Position numbers and translations under genes: made by a program. A stretch of 64,000 nucleotides of DNA, taken from positions 2,208,001 through 2,272,000 of the forward strand of contig OZ242008.1 in the NCBI GenBank assembly GCA_965204735.1, written 5' to 3'. How positions within the stretch are numbered: position 1 is the first letter of the stretch; the number at the start of each line of letters is the position of its first letter. A model generated the notes under the pieces. The model saw only the letters and a list, made by a program, of their open reading frames with translations. It searched no databases and had not been told where the DNA came from. The stretch comes from Longimicrobiales bacterium (GTDB taxonomy: Bacteria; Gemmatimonadota; Gemmatimonadetes; Longimicrobiales; Gaopeijiaceae). Shown here one piece after another: positions 48,513 to 59,900 of this stretch.

Positions 48513-49373
48513 GTGGAGAGACCACGCGTGAGCGCCGGGGGCAACCCCCTTGCTGGCCCCGAGGGCGTCCCGGCGGCAGGCTCCGATTCGTGGACGGGCT
48601 TTCGGTCGATCCAGGTGTCGGTGAGGGCCTTTGTGGCCGAAGTGGCCATTGACAGGCCCGAGAAGCTCAACGCCTTGAACGAGACCGTGCGGAGCGAGCT
48701 GTCGAGCGCCTTCGACGCGCTGGCGGAGACCGCCGACGTGAAGGTGGCCATCGTGCACGGAGGGGACGGGAAGGCGTTCGCGGCGGGCGCCGACGTGGCG
48801 GAGTTCGCCGCTCGAACGGCCGAGGAGCAACGCGCCGTCTACCGGAAGCGGCGCGTCTACGACGCCCTGGGCGACTTTCCCAAGCCGGTGATCTGCGCCG
48901 TGCACGGCCTTTGCATCGGCGGCGGCAACGAGCTGGCGCTCGCTTGCGACGTTCGAGTCGCCGACCGCACCGCCCGCTTCGGCCAGTTCGAGATCCGCCT
49001 GGGACTGATCCCGGGCGCCGGAGGGACCCAGCGGCTGGCCCGAGTGGTGGGACCCGGACAGGCTATGCGCATGGGCCTGTGCGGCGACTTGATCGACGCC
49101 GAGGAAGCGCACCGCATCGGTCTGGTCGAGTTCTTGGTGGACGAGGGTCGCCACCTGGAGAAGGCTCGAGAGGTGGCCGGCCGGATGGCGCGCTGGAGTC
49201 CGGTGGCGCTGGGCTTGGTCAAGAAGGCCGTTCGCGGGGCCATGGAGCTTCCGTTGAAGGAAGGCTTGGCCGTGGAGAGGGAACTCTTCCTGGAAGCCTT
49301 CGGATCCGCGGACGGGCGCGAGGGCGTGGCCGCGTTCGTGGAGAAGCGGCGGCCGACGTTCAGGGGACGGTAG
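48513..49373 (+). CDS. Enoyl-CoA hydratase (PaaF/crotonase-like)
   Basis: RPEKLNAL, AFAAGADV, GGGNELALACD, FEIRLGLIPGAGGTQRL; start uncertain. Confidence 0.92.
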   Translation: MERPRVSAGGNPLAGPEGVPAAGSDSWTGFRSIQVSVRAFVAEVAIDRPEKLNALNETVRSELSSAFDALAETADVKVAIVHGGDGKAFAAGADVAEFAARTAEEQRAVYRKRRVYDALGDFPKPVICAVHGLCIGGGNELALACDVRVADRTARFGQFEIRLGLIPGAGGTQRLARVVGPGQAMRMGLCGDLIDAEEAHRIGLVEFLVDEGRHLEKAREVAGRMARWSPVALGLVKKAVRGAMELPLKEGLAVERELFLEAFGSADGREGVAAFVEKRRPTFRGR

Positions 49374-49374
49374 C

Positions 49375-49485
49375 GGGCGCGTCGCCGCGTCCATGGCTGA
49401 ACGGGGACGGCCGCCGGAACGCCATCACGCAACCTCCCGAAGCTCAAGGGCGCGTCGCCGCTTCCATGGCTGAACGGGGACGGCT
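49375..49485. repeat. 37-38-bp direct repeat (2 copies, 73-bp period) between convergent genes
   Basis: GGGCGCGTCGCCGC(G/T)TCCATGGCTGAACGGGG(G)ACGGC at 49375 and 49448. Confidence 0.85.
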
Positions 49486-49519
49486 GTCGGGATCGCTCCC
49501 CCGCTCCCTCGGGCGCGGA

Positions 49520-49912
49520 TCAGAGCACGACGTCGCCGCCCGGATCTCGCTTTCTTAGGCGTGCCAACCTCTCTTCCGCCTGCGCGAGCCGTCGGGCACG
49601 CGCAGCCGGGTCGGTGGCGGCAGCCCCCCAGACGAGAATGCCGTCGGGCCTGGTGGGCACGTGCAGCACGTCGCCCTCCGCAACCTGGAAGGGGAGTTCC
49701 TCGACCCGCACTTCCACGTCGCCCGACGCGCCCGAAACCGGCTCTTCGTCGGCGACCAATGTCGCGACGCCGGCCTCGATCCGGTCCACCACGTAGGTCC
49801 GCCGGTCCGGCGCCGGCTCGGGATCGCCTGCACCTTCACGCCGCTCGGGAGCGTCCACCACGTAAGTCCGCCGGTCCGCCGGCGCCGGGGCTGGTTGTTG
49901 CGCTTCGCTCAA
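49520..49912 (-). CDS. DUF3006 domain-containing protein
   Basis: YVVDRIEAGVATL...LPFQVAEGDVL...RLARL; TTG overlaps the stop of the ComEC-like gene, a common pairing. Confidence 0.8.
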   Translation of the reverse strand: MSEAQQPAPAPADRRTYVVDAPERREGAGDPEPAPDRRTYVVDRIEAGVATLVADEEPVSGASGDVEVRVEELPFQVAEGDVLHVPTRPDGILVWGAAATDPAARARRLAQAEERLARLRKRDPGGDVVL

Positions 49913-50892
49913 TGTCGTCCTCCGGGTGGCGGGTCTCCAAGCAGGACCCGGTGGGCACCGTCGGGAAAGCCCAGGACCGTGATCGTTCCGTCCCGGTCGG
50001 TGCGGTACAAAGGCCGGGCGCCGGACGAGAGCGCCGACGACGAAAACGCCGTCAGGGCTTGCGGCCGAGGATGTCCGTACTGGTTGTTCCTTCCCACCGA
50101 GATCACGACGACCTCGGGACGGGCGGCTTGCACGAACGCTGGCGTGAAGCCGGTGTGGCTGCCGTGGTGCGGCGCCTTGAGGACCGTAACCGGGGGCACA
50201 GCTCCACGCGCGACCAGGAAGTTCAGCTGGCGGATCTCCGAGTCGCCGCTGAGGAGAGCCGAGAAGCGGCCGTGGCGCACGATCAGCGTCACGGAGCGGT
50301 TGTTCTGGTCTCGTGCTGGTCCCGGAGGCGGCAGGGGCAGCACCTCGATGGAGGCGGCGCCCAGGGCGATGGTTCGGGGCTCGGCAAGAAGGTAGACGAT
50401 GTCGGAGCGCCGTTCCACTTCGTCCATCAGCCGCCGATAGGTGCGGGTGGTGTGGGCAAGGGCGTTGTCCATGAAGTAGCGGACGGGGAAGGCGCGCAGC
50501 ACGTCGGCCATCCCGCCGATGTGGTCGGCGTGGGCGTGGGTGGCGACAACCAGGTCGATCTCTTCGACGCCGAGGGCTCGGATCGCGTTCACGGGAGAAC
50601 GGCGGCCCGCGTCCACAAGGGCAGTCCGTCCCTCGGGCGCCTGGATCACGATCGCGTCGGCCTGTCCCACGTCCAGGAAGGTGATCCGCAGCGCCGCCGA
50701 GTCTTGGTGGTGGTGCGGGGCCGCGAGGCGGGGTTCTTCCGCGGCGGAGGGCGTCGGGAAGGCCGAGGCCGACAGCCACAGGAGCGTCGCGACGGCGGCG
50801 GGGACGCGGGCAAGCGGCATCGGGCGCCGGCCGACGACGACGTGGACGCCTGGCGCGAGATCATGCGTGGCGGGGACGCGGGCAGGCGGCAT
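49909..50892 (-). CDS. ComEC/Rec2-type metallo-beta-lactamase-fold hydrolase (exported, no membrane channel domain)
   Basis: FLDVGQAD, LVDAG, THAHADHIGG, NNRS, GDSE, KAPHHGS, NQYGHP, RTDRDG. Start is 50892 or 50820. Confidence 0.92.
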   Translation of the reverse strand: MPPARVPATHDLAPGVHVVVGRRPMPLARVPAAVATLLWLSASAFPTPSAAEEPRLAAPHHHQDSAALRITFLDVGQADAIVIQAPEGRTALVDAGRRSPVNAIRALGVEEIDLVVATHAHADHIGGMADVLRAFPVRYFMDNALAHTTRTYRRLMDEVERRSDIVYLLAEPRTIALGAASIEVLPLPPPGPARDQNNRSVTLIVRHGRFSALLSGDSEIRQLNFLVARGAVPPVTVLKAPHHGSHTGFTPAFVQAARPEVVVISVGRNNQYGHPRPQALTAFSSSALSSGARPLYRTDRDGTITVLGFPDGAHRVLLGDPPPGGRH

Positions 50893-50905
50893 CGGACGCC
50901 GGGCC

Positions 50906-53900
50906 TCAGTCTTGGTCGAACTTGATCCTGCCGAGGAGTCCTAGGCGGCGTTCCAAAGGCAAGCGACCGTCGGCGACTTGTTCTCCGAAGAAGTCGAGGA
51001 GCAGGCTCATTCCCGGCGCCTGGGCATCTTCGGTGGCCTTGCCGCTCAAGATCGCCCACTGGGTTCCCACGTTCAGTCGGTAGCCGGCCGGGCCTTCTCG
51101 GCTCCAGCGGCCGAAGGGCTTGAGCTGGCTGCCGCCGGGCAGGAACACCCCGTAGCTCAGCTCCATGGCCAAGCGCTCGGGCGCCCAGCCGGGGACGGCC
51201 CTGGTTGCGGAAAGGCCGTTGCTTGCCGGGCCGGGAACCACCGGAAGGCCGGCCGCCGGATCATCGCCTTGGGCTGCCGGGTCGCCGTTGGCGGAAGCGC
51301 CGCCGCCTGGCGCTGCCGGACCCGCTGCGCCCAGGCCCGCGCCGAGGCCCGACACGCCGGCGTTCCGCCACACGTCGCTGCCGCCCTGCCACAGCGTCTG
51401 GGCGCCGCCGGAGGCGTTCCCCCACGACGGCTCCAGCGAGAACGACAGGCCGCCGTCTTCGCGTCCGGGCTGCAGGCGCAACGCGACGCCGGCGCCCCAC
51501 TCCTTGAAGTTCCGGTCCTGGTGGATCAGCAGCATCCGGCCACGGGCGTCCAGGCTCAGGCCGCTGCCCGCGTGCGTGAAGCCCAGCTCGGCGCCCGCTT
51601 CGGCGCCCATTCCCGTCTCCGCGTCGCCCCGGTCGTAGCGTCCGCCCACCTCGATGCGCGTCCGCATGGCGACGCTGCCGCCGGACCATTGCCCGCCCAG
51701 CTCGGGCGCCAGCCGCACCCGCTGGGCGTCGGCCTTCACGGCAACCACATGTCCGTTCGACGCGTCCGTCGTCATGCGCACCGCGAAGGCGTCGGCCTTC
51801 AGCGCCAGGCCGCCCACCAGCCGCTGGCGCACGCCCAGCGCGCCCATCCGCATGTCCAGGTCGGCGTCGTAGGTGGGGCCCGTCTCGCCCACGTTGGCGG
51901 CGCCCCGCCCCGCGCCGGCCAAGCCCCAGATGCCGAAGCCGCCCTGGGACGACCAGCTGGCGTAGGGGTAGAGGCTGTTCAGGTGGGCCTTCGTCTTGCC
52001 CACGCCGTTGATCCCGCTCTCGTAGTTCGCCGCCATGTCGCTGCGCGAGCCGGCCAAGCCCATCAGGAAGCCCGAGCCGAAGCGGTAGTCCAGGCCCAGG
52101 TAGGCCGAGCGGGTGCGGCCGTCCATGGCGAAGTCGTCTTCGGGACGGCCCTCGAACTCGCCCACGTTGGCTTGGCCCCACAGCGTCCAGCCGGCCTGGG
52201 AGGCCGTCTGCGCCGGGGACGCGCTGGGCAAGCCGGCGTCGGTGCCGTCACCCTCCGCGACGGCGGCGCCTTGCCCGTCGGGCGAGCCGCCGAAGGAGAG
52301 CTGGAACGAGCTCCGGGAGCGGAGGTCGCGGCCCGTCAGCGGGCTGAAGGCGATGCCGCCGCGTTCGCGCTCGGCGGGCAGCGCGTCCTCTTCCCGCTGG
52401 CCCTGGTACGAGCCGCCCAAGCCGAGGGCGCCGTGCGGAGCGCCGCCCATGTCCGCCGTGGCGTCGCCAAAGAGAAGCGCCGCCAAGTCCAGTGTCCCGC
52501 CCGGGATGCCGCCGGGTCCCGAACCGGCGACGCCCGGGTGGGTGATCTGGAGCCCCAGCAGCCCCGTTGCGTCCCGCACCAGCGACTCGAGGCCGCAGCG
52601 GCCGCCCGAGACGCCCCCGCCCAAACCCGCGCCGGCGTGGGCCGAGGCCGTGCTGGCCTGGTCCGAGCCGCCTTGGTCTTGGCCTGAGCCGCCCTGGCGC
52701 GAACCGTCTTGGCCTGAGCCGCCATGGCCTTGGTCCGCACCGCCTTGGTCCGAACCGTCCTGGCCTGGGCCGCCCTGGCCCGGGGCCGAGGCACCCTGGC
52801 CTTGGTCCGCACCGCCTTGGCCCGCGTCCGCGACGCCAGCCGCTCCACCGTCCCCGACCGCTCGGGACGAGGATGTGCCGCTGGACGCGACGCCCGAGCC
52901 GCGGCCGCCGCCGAACGCGACGCAGCTCAGCGAACGCCCGCCCAGCTGCACGTGCGAACGGCCCAGCGAACCCGACGACTCCAGACCCAACCGACCGCCG
53001 ATCGCATCGACCGTCTCCGTCCCCAGCGACCGACCGAACGCCGCCAGCGTCAGCTTCAGCGCACGCGCCCGATCCGAACGCGACGCCGACACCGTCACGC
53101 TCGCCTGCTGCGTCGCCGTCAGCCCGCCCGCATCGGTCGCCGTCACCGTCACCACCGCCGCGCCGATCCCCTGCGGCGCCACCGACAGCCGCCCCGCGCC
53201 CGACACCGACGCGGCCGCCACGTCCGGCAACGACGACACCACCACGTAGCTCAGCGCGTCGCCGTCCGGGTCCCGGAAGTACTCGCCCAGACCCACCTCC
53301 CACGGCGCACCGCCCACCTCCAGCACCGGCGGCGACAGCGAGCCCACCGCCTCCGGACCCTCGTTCACGTCCAGCAGCGTCACCACGACCGCCGCCTCGG
53401 CCGTCAGTCCGCCCGCGTCCGTGACGCGCACCACCAGCGCGAACTCCGGCGGACCGTCCTCGTAGTCTTCGCCGGCGCCCACGTAGCGCACCACCCCGCT
53501 CGCGCCGTTCACATCGAACCGACCCGCGTCGCCCTGCGCCAAGGTGTATGTCAGCGCGTCGCCGCGGTCCGGGTCCGTCGCCTCGACCCGTCCCAGCTCC
53601 CGAGGCCCGCGCACGTTCTCCGCCAGATCGAACGCATATGCGGAGTCCACGAACGCAGGCGCCTCGTTCACGTCCAGCAACAGCACCCTCACCTTCGCCA
53701 CCGCCGCCAACCCCGCACGGTCCGTCGCCACCACCTCGAACTCCCAGCCCTCTGGACCTGTCTCCGCGTCCTCGCCAGCGCCCACGTACCGCACCACGCC
53801 GCTCGACTCGCCCACGTCGAACAGCGCCGCGCGCGCGCCGCTCAAGCTGTAGCGCAGCGTGTCGCCCGCGTCCACGTCCGTTGCCTCGACCGTGCCCAGC

Positions 53901-56900
53901 TCCACCGGGCCCGCCATGTGCTCCGCCAACTCCCACTCCCAGATCGACTCCACGAACACCGGGCCCTCGTTCCGGTCCTCGAGCGTCACGACGACACGCG
54001 CCCGCGCTGTCAGGCCGCCTCGGTCCGTCGCCGTCACCTCCAGCTCCCAGCTGCCCGGGCCCGTCTCCGCGTCCTCGCCTGCGCCCACGTACTGCACCGC
54101 ACCGCTCGTCGCGTTCACCTTGAACCGCTCGGCGTCGCCCGCCGTCAGCGCGTACGACAGCCAGTCGCCGCCGTCCGGGTCCGTCGCCCGAACCTCGCCC
54201 AGCAGCAGCGGACCACGAGCGTTCTCCGCCAGATCGAAGGCGTACGCAGAGTCGGCGAACGCTGGCCCCTCGTTCACGTTCGTCAGCGCCACCGCCACCA
54301 CCGCCTTGGCGCTCGCGCCCGCCAGGTCCGTCGCCGTGACTTCCAGCTCCCACGACTTCGGCCCCGCGCCCTCGTAGTCCTCGCCCGAGCCCACGTACTG
54401 CACCTCGCCCGTCGCGCCGTCCACCTCGAACCGATCGGCGTCGCCCGCCACCAGCCGGTACGTCAGCGTGTCCCCTTCGTCCAGGTCCACCGCCTCCGCC
54501 ACGCCCAGCGCCAGCGGCCCGGCAACGTTCTCCGCCATGGCGAAGGCGTACCGCTCCGCCGTGAACACCGGCGCGTCGTTCACGTTCACCAGCCGCACCG
54601 TCACCGTCGCGTCGCCCGTCCGCTCCCCGTCGTCCGCCGTCGCGCGCACGATCATCACGAACTCCGAACGCGCCTCCGCGTCTTCGCCGCTGCCCACGTA
54701 CCGCACCTCGCCGGTGCGAGCGTCCACCTCGAAGAGGCCCTCGTCGCCCGCCGCCAGCGAGTACGCCACCTCGCCGCCGAAGGGGTCCGTCGCGCTCACC
54801 GTCCCCACCACCACCGGCCCCGCCACATCCTCCGTCAGCTCGAACTCGTACTCCGCTCGACCGAACACCGGGTCCGTTCCGCCCGCCCCGTTCACCTGGT
54901 GTTCCTCCAGGTTCTCCACCGCGTAGCTGCCCAGGTCCAACACCGCCGCCGTCGTGCCGCCCGCGATCCGCAGCGCGCCGCCTGCCGCAGTCAGCGCGTC
55001 GGCCGGGATGCTGATCCCGTCCTCGTCCCGGTCCGCGGGCTGAACCACGTACTCGAACACCAGCACCGGCGTGCCCGAACCCGACACGTAGCTCGCGTGC
55101 CGCACCGCCGTCCCGATCTCGATCGCCAGGCGCACCGGAGCCGTCGCAGCCGACATGTGGCCTGCCTGCTGCGGCGCCCCCGCCACCTCCACTGGACGGC
55201 TGAACGTCACCGCCACCCGGATCACGCTGCGCGGACCGTACAGTCCGTTCGCTCCCGGCGTGCTCATCACCGTCATCCCCACCACCACCGGCACAACCTC
55301 GACCGTGCCGTCCACCTTGTCGTTCGCGGCCGCCGCGATCGCGTGGCTGCCCAACGCCAGCACCGCCGGACGAACGCCGTCCGCCGTGTTCACGATCGTC
55401 GCGCCGTTCAGCGTCAGCGCGGTTGCCGCCACGCCCACGCCGTCGGCATCGGCGTCGACGCCGCCCGTCCCGCTCCCGCCACTGCCCGCGCCCTGCACGC
55501 GGTACGCAAACGACAGCGTCGCCGTGCCGCTGCCGCTGGCGTAGTTCGCCTGCCGCGTCGCCGTGCCCACCGTCAGCGCCAACTGCGGTGCGCCCGTCAC
55601 CGTCACCGCCCGGTCGAACGTCACCTCCACCTCGATCCGCTCGCCCAAGCCGTAGGTGTCCCCGCTCTCGGGCGTGCTCGACACCGCGACACCCGTCACC
55701 GACGCGCCCGCCAGCGTGCCGTCCACCTTGTGGCCCGCAGCCGCGCTCAACGCGTGGCTGTCCAGTCCCAACGCCGCTGTCGTCGTGCCGTTGCGGGCGT
55801 CGGCGATCGTCCCGCTGTTCAGCGCCAACGCGCTCGCGCCGACTTCGATCCCGTCGGTGTCGGCGTCCGCCTGCACCACCGTGTAGCGGAACGTCAGCGT
55901 GTACGTGCCCGTCCCGCTCGCGTAGCCCGCCTGCCGCGTCGCAGCGCCCACCGTCAGCGCCACCTGCGGCGTGCCCGTCACGGTCACGCGACGGTTGAAC
56001 GTCACCTGCACCTCGATCTGCTCGTCGCGACCGTACGTCGTCGCCACCGCCGGCGAGCTCGTCAGCGACACGCCGCTCACCGACGCCGCCGTGAACGTCC
56101 CGCCCGCAACCTTGTGCCCCGCGCTGTTCGTCACCGCGTGGGCGCCCAGCCCCAGAACGGCGTCCACCGTCCCGCCCGCCACGTCGATCGTACCGCCGTT
56201 GAGCGCCAACGCGCTTGCGCCGATGCTCAGCCCGTCCGCGTCCGCGTCCGCCGTCACCACCACGTACCGGAACACCAACGACGCCGTGCCCGTGCCGCTT
56301 GCGTAGCTCGCCTGCTTCGTCCCAGCACCGATCGTCAGCGCCAGCTGCGGCGTGCCCGTCACCGCCACAGCCTTGTTGAACGTCACCGTCGCAACCACCG
56401 TGTCGCCACGCTCGAAGGTGTCGCCGACTGGCGGCGACGCAATCGTCACGCCGCTCACTCCCGGCGGGCCCTGGTTCCCGTCCACACGATGGGCCGCGTC
56501 GTTCGATATCGCGTGGCTGCCCAGCCCCAGGCTCGCTGCCGTCGTGCCGTCGCGGGCGTCGGCAATCGTACCGCCGTTCAGCGTCAAAGCGCTCGCGCCC
56601 ACGCTCAACCCGTTCGCGTCCGCGTCCCCAGCCACCACCTCGTACCGGAACGCCAGCTGCCGGCCCGCGGTCACCGAGACGTACGCCGCTTGGCGGGTCC
56701 GGCTCCCGATCGTCAGCGCCAGCTGTGGCGCGCCCGTCACCGTCACGGTGCGGTTGAACGTCACCTCCACCTCGATCTGCTCGCTCAACCCGTACGTGCT
56801 GCCGCCCGCCGGGCTGCTCTGGATCGACACCTCGCTCACCGACGACGCCGTGAACGTCCCGCCCGCCACGCGGCGCGCGCGGTCGTTGCTGATCGCATGG

Positions 56901-59900
56901 TGCGCCAAGCTCAGCAAGGCGTCCGTCGTCCCGCCCGCCACGTCGATCGTCCCGCCGTTCAGCGCCAAGGCGCTAGCGCCGATGCTGATTCCGTCGCCGT
57001 CCGCGTCCGCCTGCGCCACCACGTACCGGAACACCAGCACCGTCGTGCCCGTCCCCGATGCGTAGCCGGCCTGCCGCGTCTGCGAACCGACCCCCAGCGC
57101 CAGCTGCGGCGTCCCCGTCACGTCCACCGCCTTGTTGAACGTCACCGTCGCAACCACCGTGTCGCCCCGCTCGAACGTCGTGCCCACCGGCGGCGCATCC
57201 ACCGACAAGCCCACGACGCCCGGCGGCCCCAAGCTGCCGTTCACCTTGTGCGCCGCAGCGTTCGACACTGCGTTCGCGCCCAGGCCCAGCGCCGCGGCCG
57301 CAGCGCCCGGACGCACATCGTTGATGGCTCCGCCGTTCAGCGTCAGCGCGCTCGCGCCGATGCTGATCCCGTCGGTGTCGGCGTCCGCCGGACGGACTGC
57401 GTAGCCGAACACCAGCGTGTCCGCCTTGCTCGTCGCCGACTCGTAGTCCGCCTGCCGCGTGACCGTGCCGATCGTCAGCGCGAGACGCGGCGAGCCCGTC
57501 ACTGCCACAGGACGGCCGAACGCCACCTTCACTTCGATCGACTCGCCCAGCTGGTACGTGCTCGCGCTCGCCGGCGTGCTCGACACCGTCACCGCGCTCA
57601 CCGCCGGCGTCGTGAACGTGCCGCCCGCAACCTTGTGGCCCCCGCTGTTCGTCACCGCGCTCGTGCCCAGGCCCAGCGTCGCGTCCAGCGTGCCGCCCGC
57701 AACCCGGATCGTCCCGCCGTTCAGCGCCAACGCGCTCGCGCCGATGCTGATCCCGTCCGCGTCCGTGTCGCCGCTCGCCACCACGTAGCGGAACACCAGC
57801 GTGTCCGTCCCTGTCCCGCTCGCGTAGCTCGCCTGCCTAGTCGCGCTCCCGATCGTCAGCGCCAGCCGCGGAGTCCCCGTCACGTCCACCGACCGGTTGA
57901 ACACCAGCGACACCTCGATCGTCTCGCCCCGCTCGAAGGTGTCGCCCACCGTCGGCGCACTGATCGACAGCGCCGTCACGCCCGGCGGCCCGCGGCTGCC
58001 GTCCACCTTGTGCGCAGCAGCGTTCGCGACCGCGTTGCTCCCCAGACCCAGGCTCGCCGCCGTCGAACCGTCGCGCGCGTCGGCGATCGTACCGCCGTTC
58101 AGCGCCAACGCGCTCGCGGCGATGCTCAACCCGTCGCTGTCCGCGTCCGCCGCCTGCACCGTGTAGCCGAACGCCAGCGTCGTCGTGCCGCTCCCGCTCG
58201 CGTACGCCGCCTGCCGCGTCTGCGAACCGATCCCCAGCGCCAGCTGCGGCACACCCGTCACCGTCACCGGGCGCGTGAACGACACCTCGACCTCGATCCG
58301 CTCCGTCCGTCCGTAGATGCTGTCGCTCGACGGACTGCTCGTGATCGCCACGCCGCTCACCGCAGACGCCGTGAACGTGCCGCCCGCCACCTTGTGGCCC
58401 GTGCTGTTCGCCACCGCGCTCGCGCCCAGTCCCAGCACCGCGTCCGTCGTCGTGGCCAACCGCCGGACCGTGCCGCCGTTCAGGGCCAGAGCGCTCGCCC
58501 CGATGCTGATCCCGTCCGCGTCCACGTCCGCAGCCGCCACCACGTACTGGAACACCAGCGTGTCCGTGCCCGTGCCCGCAGCGTAGCTCGCCTGCTTCGT
58601 CGCGCTCCCGATCCCCAAAGCCAGCTGCGGCGTCCCCGTCACCGCCACCGTCTTGTTGAACGCAACCTTGACCTCGATCGTCTCGCCTCGCTCGAACGTG
58701 TCGCCCACATGAGGCGAACCGATCAACAACCCCGTCACGCCCGGCGGCCCCTGCGCGCCGTCCACCTTGTGCGCAGCCGCGTTCGTGATCGCGCTGGAAC
58801 CCAAGCCCAGGCTCGCAGCCGTCGAACCGTCCCGCGCGTCGGCGATTGTTCCGCCGTTCAGCGCCAGTGCGCTCGTGCCGACGCTCAACCCGTCGCTGTC
58901 CGCGTCCGCAGCCACCACCATGTAACTGAACGTCAGCGTCTTCGTGCCTGTCCCGCTCGCGTACTCCGCTTGGCGCGTCCGGGTCCCCACCGTCAGCGCC
59001 AGCTGTGGCGTGCCCGTCACGTTCACCGGCCGCACGAACGTCACCTCGACCTCGATCTCCTCGCCCAACCCGTAGGTGTCGCCGCTCGACGGAGTGCTCG
59101 TGATCGCCACGCCACTCACCGACGACGCCGTGAACGTCCCGCCCGCCACCTTGTGCCCCGTGCTGTTCGATATCGCGTGCGTGCCCAGCCCCAAAGTCGC
59201 GTCCAGCGTGCCGCCCGACAGCCGGATCGTGCCGCTGTTCAGCGCCAACGCGCTCGTCCCGATGCTCAATCCGTTCGCGTCCACATCCGCAGTCACCACC
59301 GTGTACTGGAACACCAGCGCCGTCGTGCCGCTCCCGCTCGCGTAGCTCGCCTGACGGGTCTGCGTACCGATCCCCAGCCCCAGCTGCGGCGTCCCCGTCA
59401 CGTCCACCGCACGGTTGAACGTCAACGTCGCCGCAATCACGTCGCCCCGCTCGAACGTGTCGCCGGTCGGCGGCGACGCGACGACCAAGCCCGTCACGCC
59501 CGGCGGTCCTTGGTTGCCGTCCACCTTGTGCGCCGCGGCGTTCGCAATCGCGTTCGACCCCAAGCCCAGCCCGGCCGCCTCGCTCGCGTCACGAGCGTCC
59601 GCAATCGTTCCGCCGTTCAGCGCCAATGCGCTCGCGCCGATGCTGATCCCGTTCGCGTCCGCGTCCGCAGCCGCCACCGTGTAGCCGAACGTCAGCGTCG
59701 TCGTGCCGCTGCCGCTCGCGTAGTTCGCCTGCCGCGTCTGCGAACCAATCGTCAGCGCGACCTGCGGCGTCCCCGTCACCGCTACGCGCCGGTCGAACGT
59801 CACCTCGACCTCGATCCGCTCCGTCCGACCGTACGTGCTGTCGCTCGCCGGAGCGCTCGATATCGACACGCCGCTCGCCGACGCCGCCGTGAACGTCCCG

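Noticed and set aside
49909..50892. Full ComEC DNA-uptake channel implying natural competence
   Set aside because: Only the MBL-fold domain is present; the multi-pass competence domain is missing.
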